A stretch of 35,243 bases of DNA from a virus. Lineage: Duplodnaviria > Caudoviricetes. The position numbers and the translations under genes were made by a program. Below are positions 27,639 through 35,223 of the stretch, piece after piece; position 1 is the first letter of the stretch; each line of letters starts with the position of its first letter. The stretch is taken from the IMG/VR virus record IMGVR_UViG_3300023293_000046, positions 1-35,243 of that record, one strand, 5' to 3'. The notes under the pieces are model-generated. The model was given only the letters and a program-made list of their open reading frames with translations, was not told the origin of the DNA and did no database searches.

Positions 27639-27652
27639 TTTTTATTGTTGCT

Positions 27653-27736
27653 AACGTTTAGTATAAGGTGAGAAGCCACACCTAAATTTGGCTATTTAAA
27701 ACAAACCCTTGTGGGCTTTTCACTTTATACAGTGTT
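27653..27736. other. attC-like hairpin site E4
   Basis: AAC gttta GTATAAGGTGAGAAGCC...GGCTTTTCACTTTATAC agt GTT; 17-bp stem with G:T pairs. Confidence 0.85.
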
Positions 27737-27758
27737 ACCCACTTTTAAAATTACGATT

Positions 27759-27986
27759 ATGGAAGATGTACTAAAATTTGATTACAAAAAAGGTATGCAA
27801 ACTGTTTACCCTGTACATTTTATGGTTAAGAATTGGGCATTTACAGAAGATGAACACGCAGAAGCAACACTTGCACACGCAATGGCAGTTGTAGCAGAAA
27901 AGAACGGAATGAGTGCAGATGATTTATCACACCTTTTCCCTGCACTTCTTAGAACTCTAAAAAGTAAAATTGATTGGGCTAAGTAA
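27759..27986 (+). CDS. Cassette gene, hypothetical (75 aa)
   Basis: ATG 27759 preferred because GTG 27711 is inside the hairpin; arms gttacccac..aaaatta and taatttt..gtgggtaac. Confidence 0.75.
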   Translation: MEDVLKFDYKKGMQTVYPVHFMVKNWAFTEDEHAEATLAHAMAVVAEKNGMSADDLSHLFPALLRTLKSKIDWAK

Positions 27987-28000
27987 TTTTTATTGTGGGT

Positions 28001-28053
28001 AACGATTAGTATATGAAATGTGGAGCAAAGCGGAATTTTTTATATACCGTGTT
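28001..28053. other. attC-like hairpin site E5
   Basis: AAC gatta GTATATGAAA...TTTTATATAC cgt GTT. Confidence 0.8.
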
Positions 28054-28075
28054 ATGCTCTTTTAAATTTAGATAG

Positions 28076-28351
28076 ATGACGAAAATGTATATAGTAAGAT
28101 ATTGCGGTGGTAGTTATGATGATTGGTATGAGGCTAATGTATTTGTAACTGATAAAAAGACAACTGCTACCAAGTATGTAACCAAGTTTAACAAGACTCT
28201 TGAAAAGTGGAAGAAGTACTACAGTCAATTTGAAAGCAAAGAACTAGGTATGACTTGGATAAAAGATGAATATGTGGATCAACATTTTAATAGATGGAAT
28301 ATCCTAAGAAATATAAATAACTGTTATTGGAAGGAAATAGAGTTAAGGTAA
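28076..28351 (+). CDS. Cassette gene, hypothetical (91 aa)
   Basis: Arms gttatgctc (28051-28059) and gagcataac (28354-28362). Confidence 0.8.
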   Translation: MTKMYIVRYCGGSYDDWYEANVFVTDKKTTATKYVTKFNKTLEKWKKYYSQFESKELGMTWIKDEYVDQHFNRWNILRNINNCYWKEIELR

Positions 28352-28359
28352 TTGAGCAT

Positions 28360-28412
28360 AACAACTGGATAAGCGCACCACTACATATATACACCTAGTA
28401 AGTTAGGATATG
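28360..28412. other. attI-like array-terminal site B
   Basis: aacaactggataagcgcacc...taagttaggatatg; ungapped homolog of 494-546. Confidence 0.7.
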
Positions 28413-28670
28413 TTTACCCAAAAATCTCTTAAACTTGGGACACGTTATATTATTTCAGCCATTAAAACGGACATTGATTTTACGATAGCCGATTAGTTAA
28501 TTAAATAAACGCCAGTAATTTAAAAAACTGGTTAATCTTTGAATAAATTAAAATACCTTTAGACCCTACCTTAATCAGTTACAGAGTGGGGACTATCTAC
28601 GCCAACACCTTAAGCCTAATATTCATCATTAATAAATTGATAGTATTAACCTTCTTTATTTTTACTTTTT

Positions 28671-29798
28671 ATGCCGAAGAAAAGAGAAAACCGCTACCGT
28701 ATAAACAACGAGACAGCAAAGCAACTAGGAATAGAAACCAATAAAAGCGGGCGGTACTCACTTAGGCCCGACAAAGAAAAGGAGTATCTAGCCATTAAAC
28801 AAGACTCGGTTGTAGATGAGGCCCTTCACCGAGGGAACCTAAAACAAAATAGTTGGAAGGTTGCATGGGTTAAAGAAGAGGGCGTTTCTGTCCTAGTTAA
28901 GAATCCGGACTTTAAAGAGCACACTATAGACTACGACATCCTCCGAGAGGACATGATTGCAGAGATGCTCGAACTCTCACCAGTAGTTAAGAAGTATAAG
29001 CGCAAGAAGATAACTGACCCGCATTGCTTAGTGCTAGATATTGCCGATCTCCACGTAGGGAAGCTGTCAACGGTAGGAGGGGCGGGGAACCATTACAATG
29101 TAGACGTAGCAATTGAAAGGGCTATAACAGCCTCCGAGTCATTAATAGATAAGTCCAAGCCTTACAACATAGATAAGGTTTTCTTTATCATTGGCAACGA
29201 TGTACTCCACACCGACAACACCACGGGATCCACAACCAAAGGAACGAACCAAGACACGGACGGGATGTGGTACGATAATTTTAAAGTCGCTCGGATAGTC
29301 TACACTCAGATCATTCAGCGCCTATCAACTATTGCACCCGTTCATGTAATACACTGCCCGTCTAATCACGATTATATGACGGGCTTTATGTTAGCTGATA
29401 GTGTTAGCTGCTACTTTCACAACAATCAAAATGTAACTTTTGATGTGACAAACGTGCATCGAAAGTATTACCTATATGGAACTAATTTCTTAGCGTTTTC
29501 TCACGGAGAAGGAGCTAAATTAGATCAGATACCGTTATTAGCAGCGCACGAAGCACCTATACTTTGGGCGCACGCTGTTTATCGTTATTGCTTTCTGCAT
29601 CATATCCACCACAAGGATGTATTTAAGTTCCGTAGCGGCAAGGATTACATAGGAATGACGGTAGAGTATTTAAGAAGCCCAAGCGCGCCAGACCAATGGC
29701 ATGCCGATAAAGGTTTGGTAGGGGCTAAGATTGCGATAGAGTCATTTATCCACCACCCGCAACAAGGCCAGATTGCAAGGCACACGCATAATTTTTAA
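28671..29798 (+). CDS. Calcineurin-like metallophosphoesterase
   Basis: DLH, GND, SNHD, HG and HIHH motifs in canonical order. Confidence 0.85.
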   Translation: MPKKRENRYRINNETAKQLGIETNKSGRYSLRPDKEKEYLAIKQDSVVDEALHRGNLKQNSWKVAWVKEEGVSVLVKNPDFKEHTIDYDILREDMIAEMLELSPVVKKYKRKKITDPHCLVLDIADLHVGKLSTVGGAGNHYNVDVAIERAITASESLIDKSKPYNIDKVFFIIGNDVLHTDNTTGSTTKGTNQDTDGMWYDNFKVARIVYTQIIQRLSTIAPVHVIHCPSNHDYMTGFMLADSVSCYFHNNQNVTFDVTNVHRKYYLYGTNFLAFSHGEGAKLDQIPLLAAHEAPILWAHAVYRYCFLHHIHHKDVFKFRSGKDYIGMTVEYLRSPSAPDQWHADKGLVGAKIAIESFIHHPQQGQIARHTHNF

Positions 29799-29811
29799 AC
29801 TGAACAACAAC

Positions 29812-30054
29812 ATGGAAGCAATACAGAACATAACAACAAACCCCGACCTCTCACCTATTGACAAGGTAATACTATGCTACTTAAACAGCTTAGAAGTAAA
29901 GGAACTGGATACAACTTTAAAGGACTTAAGCCAGAAGTTAAGTATCCATAAGCCGACCTTATACCAAAACATCTACCTCCTAGAGGAAGCGGGATATTTA
30001 ATCTTTGAAAAGATTTACGGGGCGGGAATAATTTTAAGCGATTGGGAAACATAA
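29812..30054 (+). CDS. Winged-HTH protein, paralog 3
   Basis: NPDLSPIDKVILCYLN...LSQKLSIHKPTL...LEEAGYL; ATG 29812 preferred. Confidence 0.75.
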   Translation: MEAIQNITTNPDLSPIDKVILCYLNSLEVKELDTTLKDLSQKLSIHKPTLYQNIYLLEEAGYLIFEKIYGAGIILSDWET

Positions 30055-30066
30055 GTAATTAATCCC

Positions 30067-30074
30067 TATATTTG
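30067..30074 (+). promoter_or_regulatory. -7 element TATATTTG for the replication operon
   Basis: TAnnTTTG consensus. Confidence 0.65.
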
Positions 30075-30114
30075 TTCTATCGAGTCGAGACGATAAATAA
30101 GAACTTATAACAAG

Positions 30115-30159
30115 ACCTTTAGCTGACGGACTCTCGACTCCTGACGCTAGAGGTTTTTT
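30115..30159 (+). terminator. Attenuator-like terminator in the leader of the replication initiator
   Basis: ACCTTTAGC / GCTAGAGGT stem, 22-nt loop and T run, ending 5 nt before ATG 30165. Confidence 0.6.
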
Positions 30160-30164
30160 CGTTA

Positions 30165-30842
30165 ATGGCAAAGGAGCTACCATATTTTAAATTTGAGCCT
30201 AACGAGTGGGAAAATGGAAACATTCAGATACTCTCTAGGGAACACAAAGGGTTATTTATAGACCTCTGTTGTATGTACTGGTCAAGGTTGGGAGACGTTC
30301 CATATAAACTAGCAGTGCAAAAGTTATGCGCTGGCAATGCGACCGCATTAGATTCGCTTTGCGAGGAGAACATAATCGCATTAGAAGAGGGTCAAATTTG
30401 TATTGATTTCCTTAATGAACAGCTAGACGCTTTCGGTAACACTAGCACACAAAACAGCAACAACGCAAAAGAGGGCTGGCGTAAACGTAAGCTGGCAAAG
30501 GAATCAAGCGAGCGCAATGCGAGCGCATCTGATCCGCAAAGCGAAAGTGATGCCATAAGAGAAGAGAAGAAGAGAGAAGAGGAGATAAGAAAAAAGAATA
30601 TAGATGCTCGCAAATTAAAATTTGCTGAAACATTAAAACCTTTTTTAGAGCAATATGGAAAGGATATGATTAATAAATTTTATTCATATTGGACTGAGCC
30701 AAATAAAAGCAATTCTAAATTTAAGCAAGAACTACAAAAAACTTGGAGCGTATCGCATAGGCTTAATACTTGGCACACTAATAACTTTAATACCAAACCA
30801 AACAACAACCAGAAACAAGACAGAACTTATAAACCATTATGA
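30165..30842 (+). CDS. Phage replication initiator (DUF1376/YdaU-like N-terminus)
   Basis: LPYFKFEPNEW...GLFIDLCCMYW; charged linker; C-terminal FYSYWTEPNKS...TW...RLNTW; directly upstream of DnaB. Confidence 0.75.
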   Translation: MAKELPYFKFEPNEWENGNIQILSREHKGLFIDLCCMYWSRLGDVPYKLAVQKLCAGNATALDSLCEENIIALEEGQICIDFLNEQLDAFGNTSTQNSNNAKEGWRKRKLAKESSERNASASDPQSESDAIREEKKREEEIRKKNIDARKLKFAETLKPFLEQYGKDMINKFYSYWTEPNKSNSKFKQELQKTWSVSHRLNTWHTNNFNTKPNNNQKQDRTYKPL

Positions 30843-32152
30843 AGCAAGAAGAATACATACTAGGGGCCGCGATGTGTACCGATGCCAGCGCCTTATCTTT
30901 AATCGAAACTATTAAGAACCCTAACTGCTTTACTACCGAATTAAGACAAGCGATCTTTAAAGCGATTTTAAGCCTATTTGAAGCGGGTAAGCGTCCCGAT
31001 GTGATAAACACGCCAACGGAGTGCCAAAAGTTCATTAAACGGCCTGAAAATGATATTGTAAGCTATTGTATCGGGCTGACTGCAATCGTAAGCGGAACGA
31101 GTAACCAAAAGGAACTATGTGAGTTCGTGCAAGATATTTATCTTAAACGCAGATTGCAAGGATTAGCCCCTTACCTAAACAGCTTAGAAGGTAATACCGA
31201 CACGTTTCAAGAAGTAATGGCCGATCACATTACTAGGCTGGATGAAATCGAAAGCGAAAACACTCAAGAGGGCGTGGCTACACTTGATGAAATGATTACA
31301 GAAACTAAGGAGCAAATACTAATACAAGCCACTAGCGGGGGAGTAGTAGGAATGCAAACAGGAATAGATGTATTGGATAAGACCACGGGCGGTATGCAAG
31401 ACGGCCACCTCATCACAATAGCGGGGCGGCCAGGAATGGGTAAGAGTGTTCTAGCCATGAATATTGCCTACCACGTAGCGAAGACAGAGAGGGTGTTAGT
31501 GTTTAGCAGGGAGATGACCGCAAGCGAATTGATAAAGAGAATCGTAGCTAGTGAGTCAGACTTTACAATGCAAGAGTTGTTTACCAATACCATACAAGCG
31601 AATAGAGTGGATCAGTTTAATATCGCAGCCGACCAAATTAATGAGACGGGGTTAATAATTGATGAGCATAGTAGCAAGCTAGGAGACTTAGTTTATAGGG
31701 TTAGAAAGGAGGCGCGGAAAGGTTTAAGATTGGTGGTTATCGATTACCTAACTTTAATCGACGGGCAAGTAAAGGGAGGCAATGACACCGCTAACCTAAC
31801 CAAGATAACCAGAACACTAAAACAATTAGCTAAGGATATAAACATTCCGATAATACAACTCGCACAGCTTAACAGAGAGGTAGAGAATAGACCGCTTAAG
31901 ATGCCGCAATTAAGCGACCTTAAACAATCCGGTAGCGTGGAGGAGGATAGCAACCTTGTAATATTCTGCTATCGCCCACAGTATTACGACATGGAGACAT
32001 TCGAGGACGGAACCAATAGCGAGGGCATGGCTGATTTAATAATTGCCAAGAATAGAAACGGGAACGTAGGGAGAATAAGACTAGGTTTTGAGGGAAACAA
32101 AGCAAGGTTTAGGGATTACAACGCAATGGATAACAACCAACCACAATTTTAA
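30839..32152 (+). CDS. dnaB: Replicative DNA helicase
   Basis: GRPGMGKS, IDYL, LAQLNR, SDLKQSGSVEED, IAKNRNG. Confidence 0.96.
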   Translation: MKQEEYILGAAMCTDASALSLIETIKNPNCFTTELRQAIFKAILSLFEAGKRPDVINTPTECQKFIKRPENDIVSYCIGLTAIVSGTSNQKELCEFVQDIYLKRRLQGLAPYLNSLEGNTDTFQEVMADHITRLDEIESENTQEGVATLDEMITETKEQILIQATSGGVVGMQTGIDVLDKTTGGMQDGHLITIAGRPGMGKSVLAMNIAYHVAKTERVLVFSREMTASELIKRIVASESDFTMQELFTNTIQANRVDQFNIAADQINETGLIIDEHSSKLGDLVYRVRKEARKGLRLVVIDYLTLIDGQVKGGNDTANLTKITRTLKQLAKDINIPIIQLAQLNREVENRPLKMPQLSDLKQSGSVEEDSNLVIFCYRPQYYDMETFEDGTNSEGMADLIIAKNRNGNVGRIRLGFEGNKARFRDYNAMDNNQPQF

Positions 32153-32155
32153 GTT

Positions 32156-32530
32156 ATGGAAATAAGCAGAGAAAACAAGATCAAAGTAATACTTTTAGGA
32201 TTCGCTAATTATGAAGCGGGGCAAGACTACGGATATAGCGTTTACTATAAACACTTGGAAGCGTTAGGGGTAATTGATCTAAGCGCATCGGATCGGTGGG
32301 CATGGTTAGAAAAAGCAGCCAATCAAATGAAAATAATTTACGGGCAGCAAATAGGGTTTCCGTCTAGTGTAATTCACTTTAAGGAAAAGCTAGACGAACT
32401 TAATCAGATTGACTTTAAGAATAGAAAGGGGGATATTAAGGAAGACTTAAAACTTCATACAAAAATGATAATAGTTAAAGATTTCTATGCCGGTAAGAGT
32501 AAAGAGGATATTAAACAAATACTAAAATGA
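32156..32530 (+). CDS. Hypothetical protein
   Basis: 124 aa in the operon. Confidence 0.65.
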   Translation: MEISRENKIKVILLGFANYEAGQDYGYSVYYKHLEALGVIDLSASDRWAWLEKAANQMKIIYGQQIGFPSSVIHFKEKLDELNQIDFKNRKGDIKEDLKLHTKMIIVKDFYAGKSKEDIKQILK

Positions 32531-33597
32531 AAGATCATAAATTTCCATACGAATGGACGATAAAAGAAGCCAACTTTACAAAAGATAAAGGAACGGTCTT
32601 TAGCTGCTTTGCTTGCGGTGGTGGTTCTACAATGGGTTATAAGTTAGCCGGGTTCGATGTTTTAGGGTGTAACGAAATTGATCCTAAGATGATGGAAGCT
32701 TATATTAAAAATCACAAACCAAAGTACAGCTACCTTGATCCAATCCAGACTTTTAAACTTAGAAAAGACTTACCAAAAGAACTTTATAACCTTGATATTT
32801 TAGACGGTTCGCCGCCGTGCAGCAGCTTTAGTACTGCAGGTAATCGGGAAAAAGATTGGGGTAAAGAAAAAAAATTTAGAGAAGGTCAAGCAAATCAAGT
32901 TCTTGATAATCTATTTTTTGACTTTATAGACCTTGCAAAAGAGCTGCAACCAAAAGTTGTAATTGCAGAAAATGTCAAAGGATTATTACTAGGTGATGCA
33001 AGAAAATATGTAAGAAGGATTTATGAAGCTTTTGATAAAGCAGGTTATTTTGTGCAGCATTTTTTATTAGATGCTAGTAAAATGGGAGTGCCGCAACGAA
33101 GGGAAAGAGTTTTTTTTATTTGCTTAAGAAAGGATTTAGCAAAAGACTTTTTATATCAAAAAGATATGTTCACAACATTACCAAAAATAGATTTATTTTT
33201 TAATGAAAAAACTATACTATTTAAAGAGTACGAAGATGACCTGGGTGCGGAATTAAACAAAGAAACACTAACATATCATAGGTGGTTACAAAGAATACCA
33301 ACTGATACATCTTTTGGAGAAATCACTTTAAGAGTAAATAAAAAGAAAAGTGATTTTAACACTAAAATAGTACACTCAAATAGAGTTTTTCCTACTGTTG
33401 TATCAAAAGGATGTGAGGTAAAATACAAAAAAGCTATTAAAATATCAAAATTAGAATATTGTAAAACAGGAACATACCCAATTGATTATAATTTTAACAA
33501 TAATAACCCAAGCTATTTAATAGGAATGTCAGTACCTCCAGTTATGACCGCCCAGCTATCTTCCAGAATATATGACCAATGGCTTTCTAAACTATGA
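32527..33597 (+). CDS. dcm: C5-cytosine DNA methyltransferase
   Basis: FACGGG, GSPPCSSFS, ENV, PQRRERVF, GMSVPP. Confidence 0.95.
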   Translation: MKDHKFPYEWTIKEANFTKDKGTVFSCFACGGGSTMGYKLAGFDVLGCNEIDPKMMEAYIKNHKPKYSYLDPIQTFKLRKDLPKELYNLDILDGSPPCSSFSTAGNREKDWGKEKKFREGQANQVLDNLFFDFIDLAKELQPKVVIAENVKGLLLGDARKYVRRIYEAFDKAGYFVQHFLLDASKMGVPQRRERVFFICLRKDLAKDFLYQKDMFTTLPKIDLFFNEKTILFKEYEDDLGAELNKETLTYHRWLQRIPTDTSFGEITLRVNKKKSDFNTKIVHSNRVFPTVVSKGCEVKYKKAIKISKLEYCKTGTYPIDYNFNNNNPSYLIGMSVPPVMTAQLSSRIYDQWLSKL

Positions 33598-33806
33598 ACA
33601 ACCCAAACCAAACCCAGCAGACACACTACAACGAACTGCGCGAGATGGGCGTACATTTTAACGAGTACGGGATATACAATTTAACAGTCGGTCAATACGC
33701 TGCGATATGGAACGCATCCGAGGGAATTAAAAGCCTAGAGAATGACAGAGTAGAGGGGTATTACAATTTACTAATGGTTAAGGCTGATCGTTATAACTGG
33801 AAATGA
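33594..33806 (+). CDS. Hypothetical protein
   Basis: 70 aa, ATGA-coupled. Confidence 0.6.
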   Translation: MNNPNQTQQTHYNELREMGVHFNEYGIYNLTVGQYAAIWNASEGIKSLENDRVEGYYNLLMVKADRYNWK

Positions 33807-33916
33807 ATATAAGTAGTAGCGAGAAAAAGGGTTAGTAGTATCGTATGCAAACCAATAACCCCGAGAAACACGGTGAAAGTCCAGTTGTTAGGCATACTTA
33901 AGCTATTACTTATATT
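33806..33916 (+). ncRNA. Candidate structured RNA (multi-stem with possible pseudoknot)
   Basis: 15-bp closing stem 33806-33820 / 33902-33916; inner GGGTTA/TAACCC; crossing GTATGC/GCATAC. Confidence 0.45.
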
Positions 33917-33956
33917 TTTATTTTAAAATAATGTTGTGTATTTAAAATATTTGGTT

Positions 33957-33964
33957 TACATTTG
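33957..33964 (+). promoter_or_regulatory. -7 element TACATTTG for the early operon that runs into cassette array 2
   Basis: TAnnTTTG consensus, 20 nt before ATG 33985. Confidence 0.7.
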
Positions 33965-33984
33965 TACCAACAAAGAAACCAAAT

Positions 33985-34146
33985 ATGAAATTTCTACACT
34001 CAGTTACAGACACACAAGGCCAAGAAATAGAAAGCTTTTGCACTAATAGCAACTCACCTAAAAACTCAATGAAAATATTGAGAGATATTAAAAGCGGAGT
34101 TTATAAAATTTGGACTCGCTCAGATTGGAGCTTTGAAATAGTATAA
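33985..34146 (+). CDS. Hypothetical protein (53 aa)
   Basis: MKFLHSVTDTQGQEIESFCT...WSFEIV directly after the promoter. Not in the ORF track. Confidence 0.6.
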   Translation: MKFLHSVTDTQGQEIESFCTNSNSPKNSMKILRDIKSGVYKIWTRSDWSFEIV

Positions 34147-34180
34147 ACCTAACGCCCTACGGGGCTAAACACTTCACATC

Positions 34181-34393
34181 ATGGCAACCATATACGCAGA
34201 ACAAAAATACAGAGTTAAGTTGTATAAGCTAAACACTGTTAGAAGAGTATTAACTACCGATATTAGCAGCACTACTATTATTGAAGACATACCAGAAGAT
34301 AAGATTAAAGACCTGATTTTTGCCATGCAAAAGTACGCTACTCCATTATCATTTGAAAACTACGAGCAGAAATTAGAATTACTAAAGCGTTAA
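34181..34393 (+). CDS. Hypothetical protein
   Basis: 70 aa. Confidence 0.65.
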   Translation: MATIYAEQKYRVKLYKLNTVRRVLTTDISSTTIIEDIPEDKIKDLIFAMQKYATPLSFENYEQKLELLKR

Positions 34394-34395
34394 AC

Positions 34396-34902
34396 ATGAC
34401 CACACAGCAACTACAAGACCGGCACGAGAAAGGGGAGCGCATACTAGATATGATTAAGAGCGTTGAAAGGCAAATGGAAGATAGAAAATCTCACATAAAG
34501 TACCTAGACCATAATAATGTAGGTAGCATATCTCATAGATTAAGGGTAACAAAAGATATAGATCAAGCCCCTAAGACAATAGCCCGACTAAGAAACTACT
34601 ACTTCAACACTATGGAGATAGTACCAACCGAAAGCATTCAAGATATAGCCAAGGAGGTAGCAAGGAAAACGGAAATTTCCCCAATAACGGACGGCAAGAA
34701 ATACCAGATCGAAACATTTGAGAGCCAAGACTACCGCCTAGAGTTTGAATTTACCCCTCATTATTCACAGGGAGAGTTTGAGGGCGTCTCCGATCTTCAC
34801 ATATACGAGCTATTCCATGACCGCAGGACGTACACAATGGAGGAGCTTGACGGGCTTAAGATGTTACTGTGGGATACGTTAAACAGGAAGGGAAGAGGGT
34901 GA
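34396..34902 (+). CDS. Hypothetical protein
   Basis: 168 aa; its stop codon forms the left edge of array 2. Confidence 0.7.
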   Translation: MTTQQLQDRHEKGERILDMIKSVERQMEDRKSHIKYLDHNNVGSISHRLRVTKDIDQAPKTIARLRNYYFNTMEIVPTESIQDIAKEVARKTEISPITDGKKYQIETFESQDYRLEFEFTPHYSQGEFEGVSDLHIYELFHDRRTYTMEELDGLKMLLWDTLNRKGRG

Positions 34903-34944
34903 CGTTTAGTATAAGAGCCGTTTTAATGTGTGTTATACATTGTT
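34901..34944. other. attC-like hairpin site E6 (GAC variant)
   Basis: GAC gttta GTATAA gagccgttttaatgtgtg TTATAC att GTT; shares the loop cgttttaatg with E7. Confidence 0.75.
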
Positions 34945-34982
34945 GTAAGTAGTACGGATTTAATAACTAAAATAAATATAAT

Positions 34983-35216
34983 ATGCAAAATTTTAAAATA
35001 GGTGACAAGGTTTACCATAAAGCAGATGCAGCCCCTTTTGAGGTGGTTGGAATTAGAAAAACAACAGTAGAAATACAAGGTGATTGGAGTGGTGGAACTC
35101 ACAATGTAAATCAAAAGGGGTGGGTAAACCATACTGAGATTAAACCTTATGACAAAACCAAAGTAAAATATTACATAGATGGTAAACCGTTTATGAATGG
35201 AATAGCACTAACGTAG
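34983..35216 (+). CDS. Cassette gene, small SH3-like beta protein (77 aa)
   Basis: FKIGDKVYHK...FEVVGI; arms gttgtaagtagtac (34942-34955) and gtattacttacaac (119-132 via the circular join). Confidence 0.75.
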   Translation: MQNFKIGDKVYHKADAAPFEVVGIRKTTVEIQGDWSGGTHNVNQKGWVNHTEIKPYDKTKVKYYIDGKPFMNGIALT

Positions 35217-35223
35217 TATTACT
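35098..35223 (+). repeat. Terminal direct repeat, right copy
   Basis: Identical to 1-126. Confidence 0.95.

Larger units (their letters stand above)
26633..28362. mobile_element. Integron-like cassette array 1 (5 cassettes, no integrase)
   Basis: Five hairpin sites alternate with five short ORFs; each ORF is bracketed by its own GTT...AAC inverted arms. Confidence 0.85.
34901..35223. mobile_element. Integron-like cassette array 2 (2 cassettes; continues across the origin to position 496)
   Basis: E6, ORF 34983-35216, E7 (130-174), ORF 214-483, terminal site 494-546. Confidence 0.8.

Noticed and set aside
26633-28362. CRISPR array or simple terminators as an explanation for the periodic hairpins
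   Set aside because: The repeats are not identical, the intervening segments are whole ORFs, and there are no cas genes. The hairpins lack 3' U-tracts and have fixed AAC/GTT geometry.
26686-28362. IS/MITE elements or invertible shufflon segments, given the inverted repeats around genes
   Set aside because: No transposase, invertase or target-site duplications. The arms are gene-specific and all 7 genes are co-oriented.
28410-28496. 28-aa ORF after attI-like site B as an integrase remnant
   Set aside because: Too short, with no recognisable recombinase motif.
34154-34165. Small hairpin GCCC-TACG-GGGC between early genes
   Set aside because: 4-bp stem with no U-tract and a single copy; too weak to call.
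205-35132. Minus-strand ORFs overlapping + genes (e.g. 205-408, 1447-1689, 1945-2307, 12007-12468, 18693-18947, 30787-31035, 34923-35132) and + ORF 17323-17547
   Set aside because: Shadow frames of well-supported genes, with no motifs.
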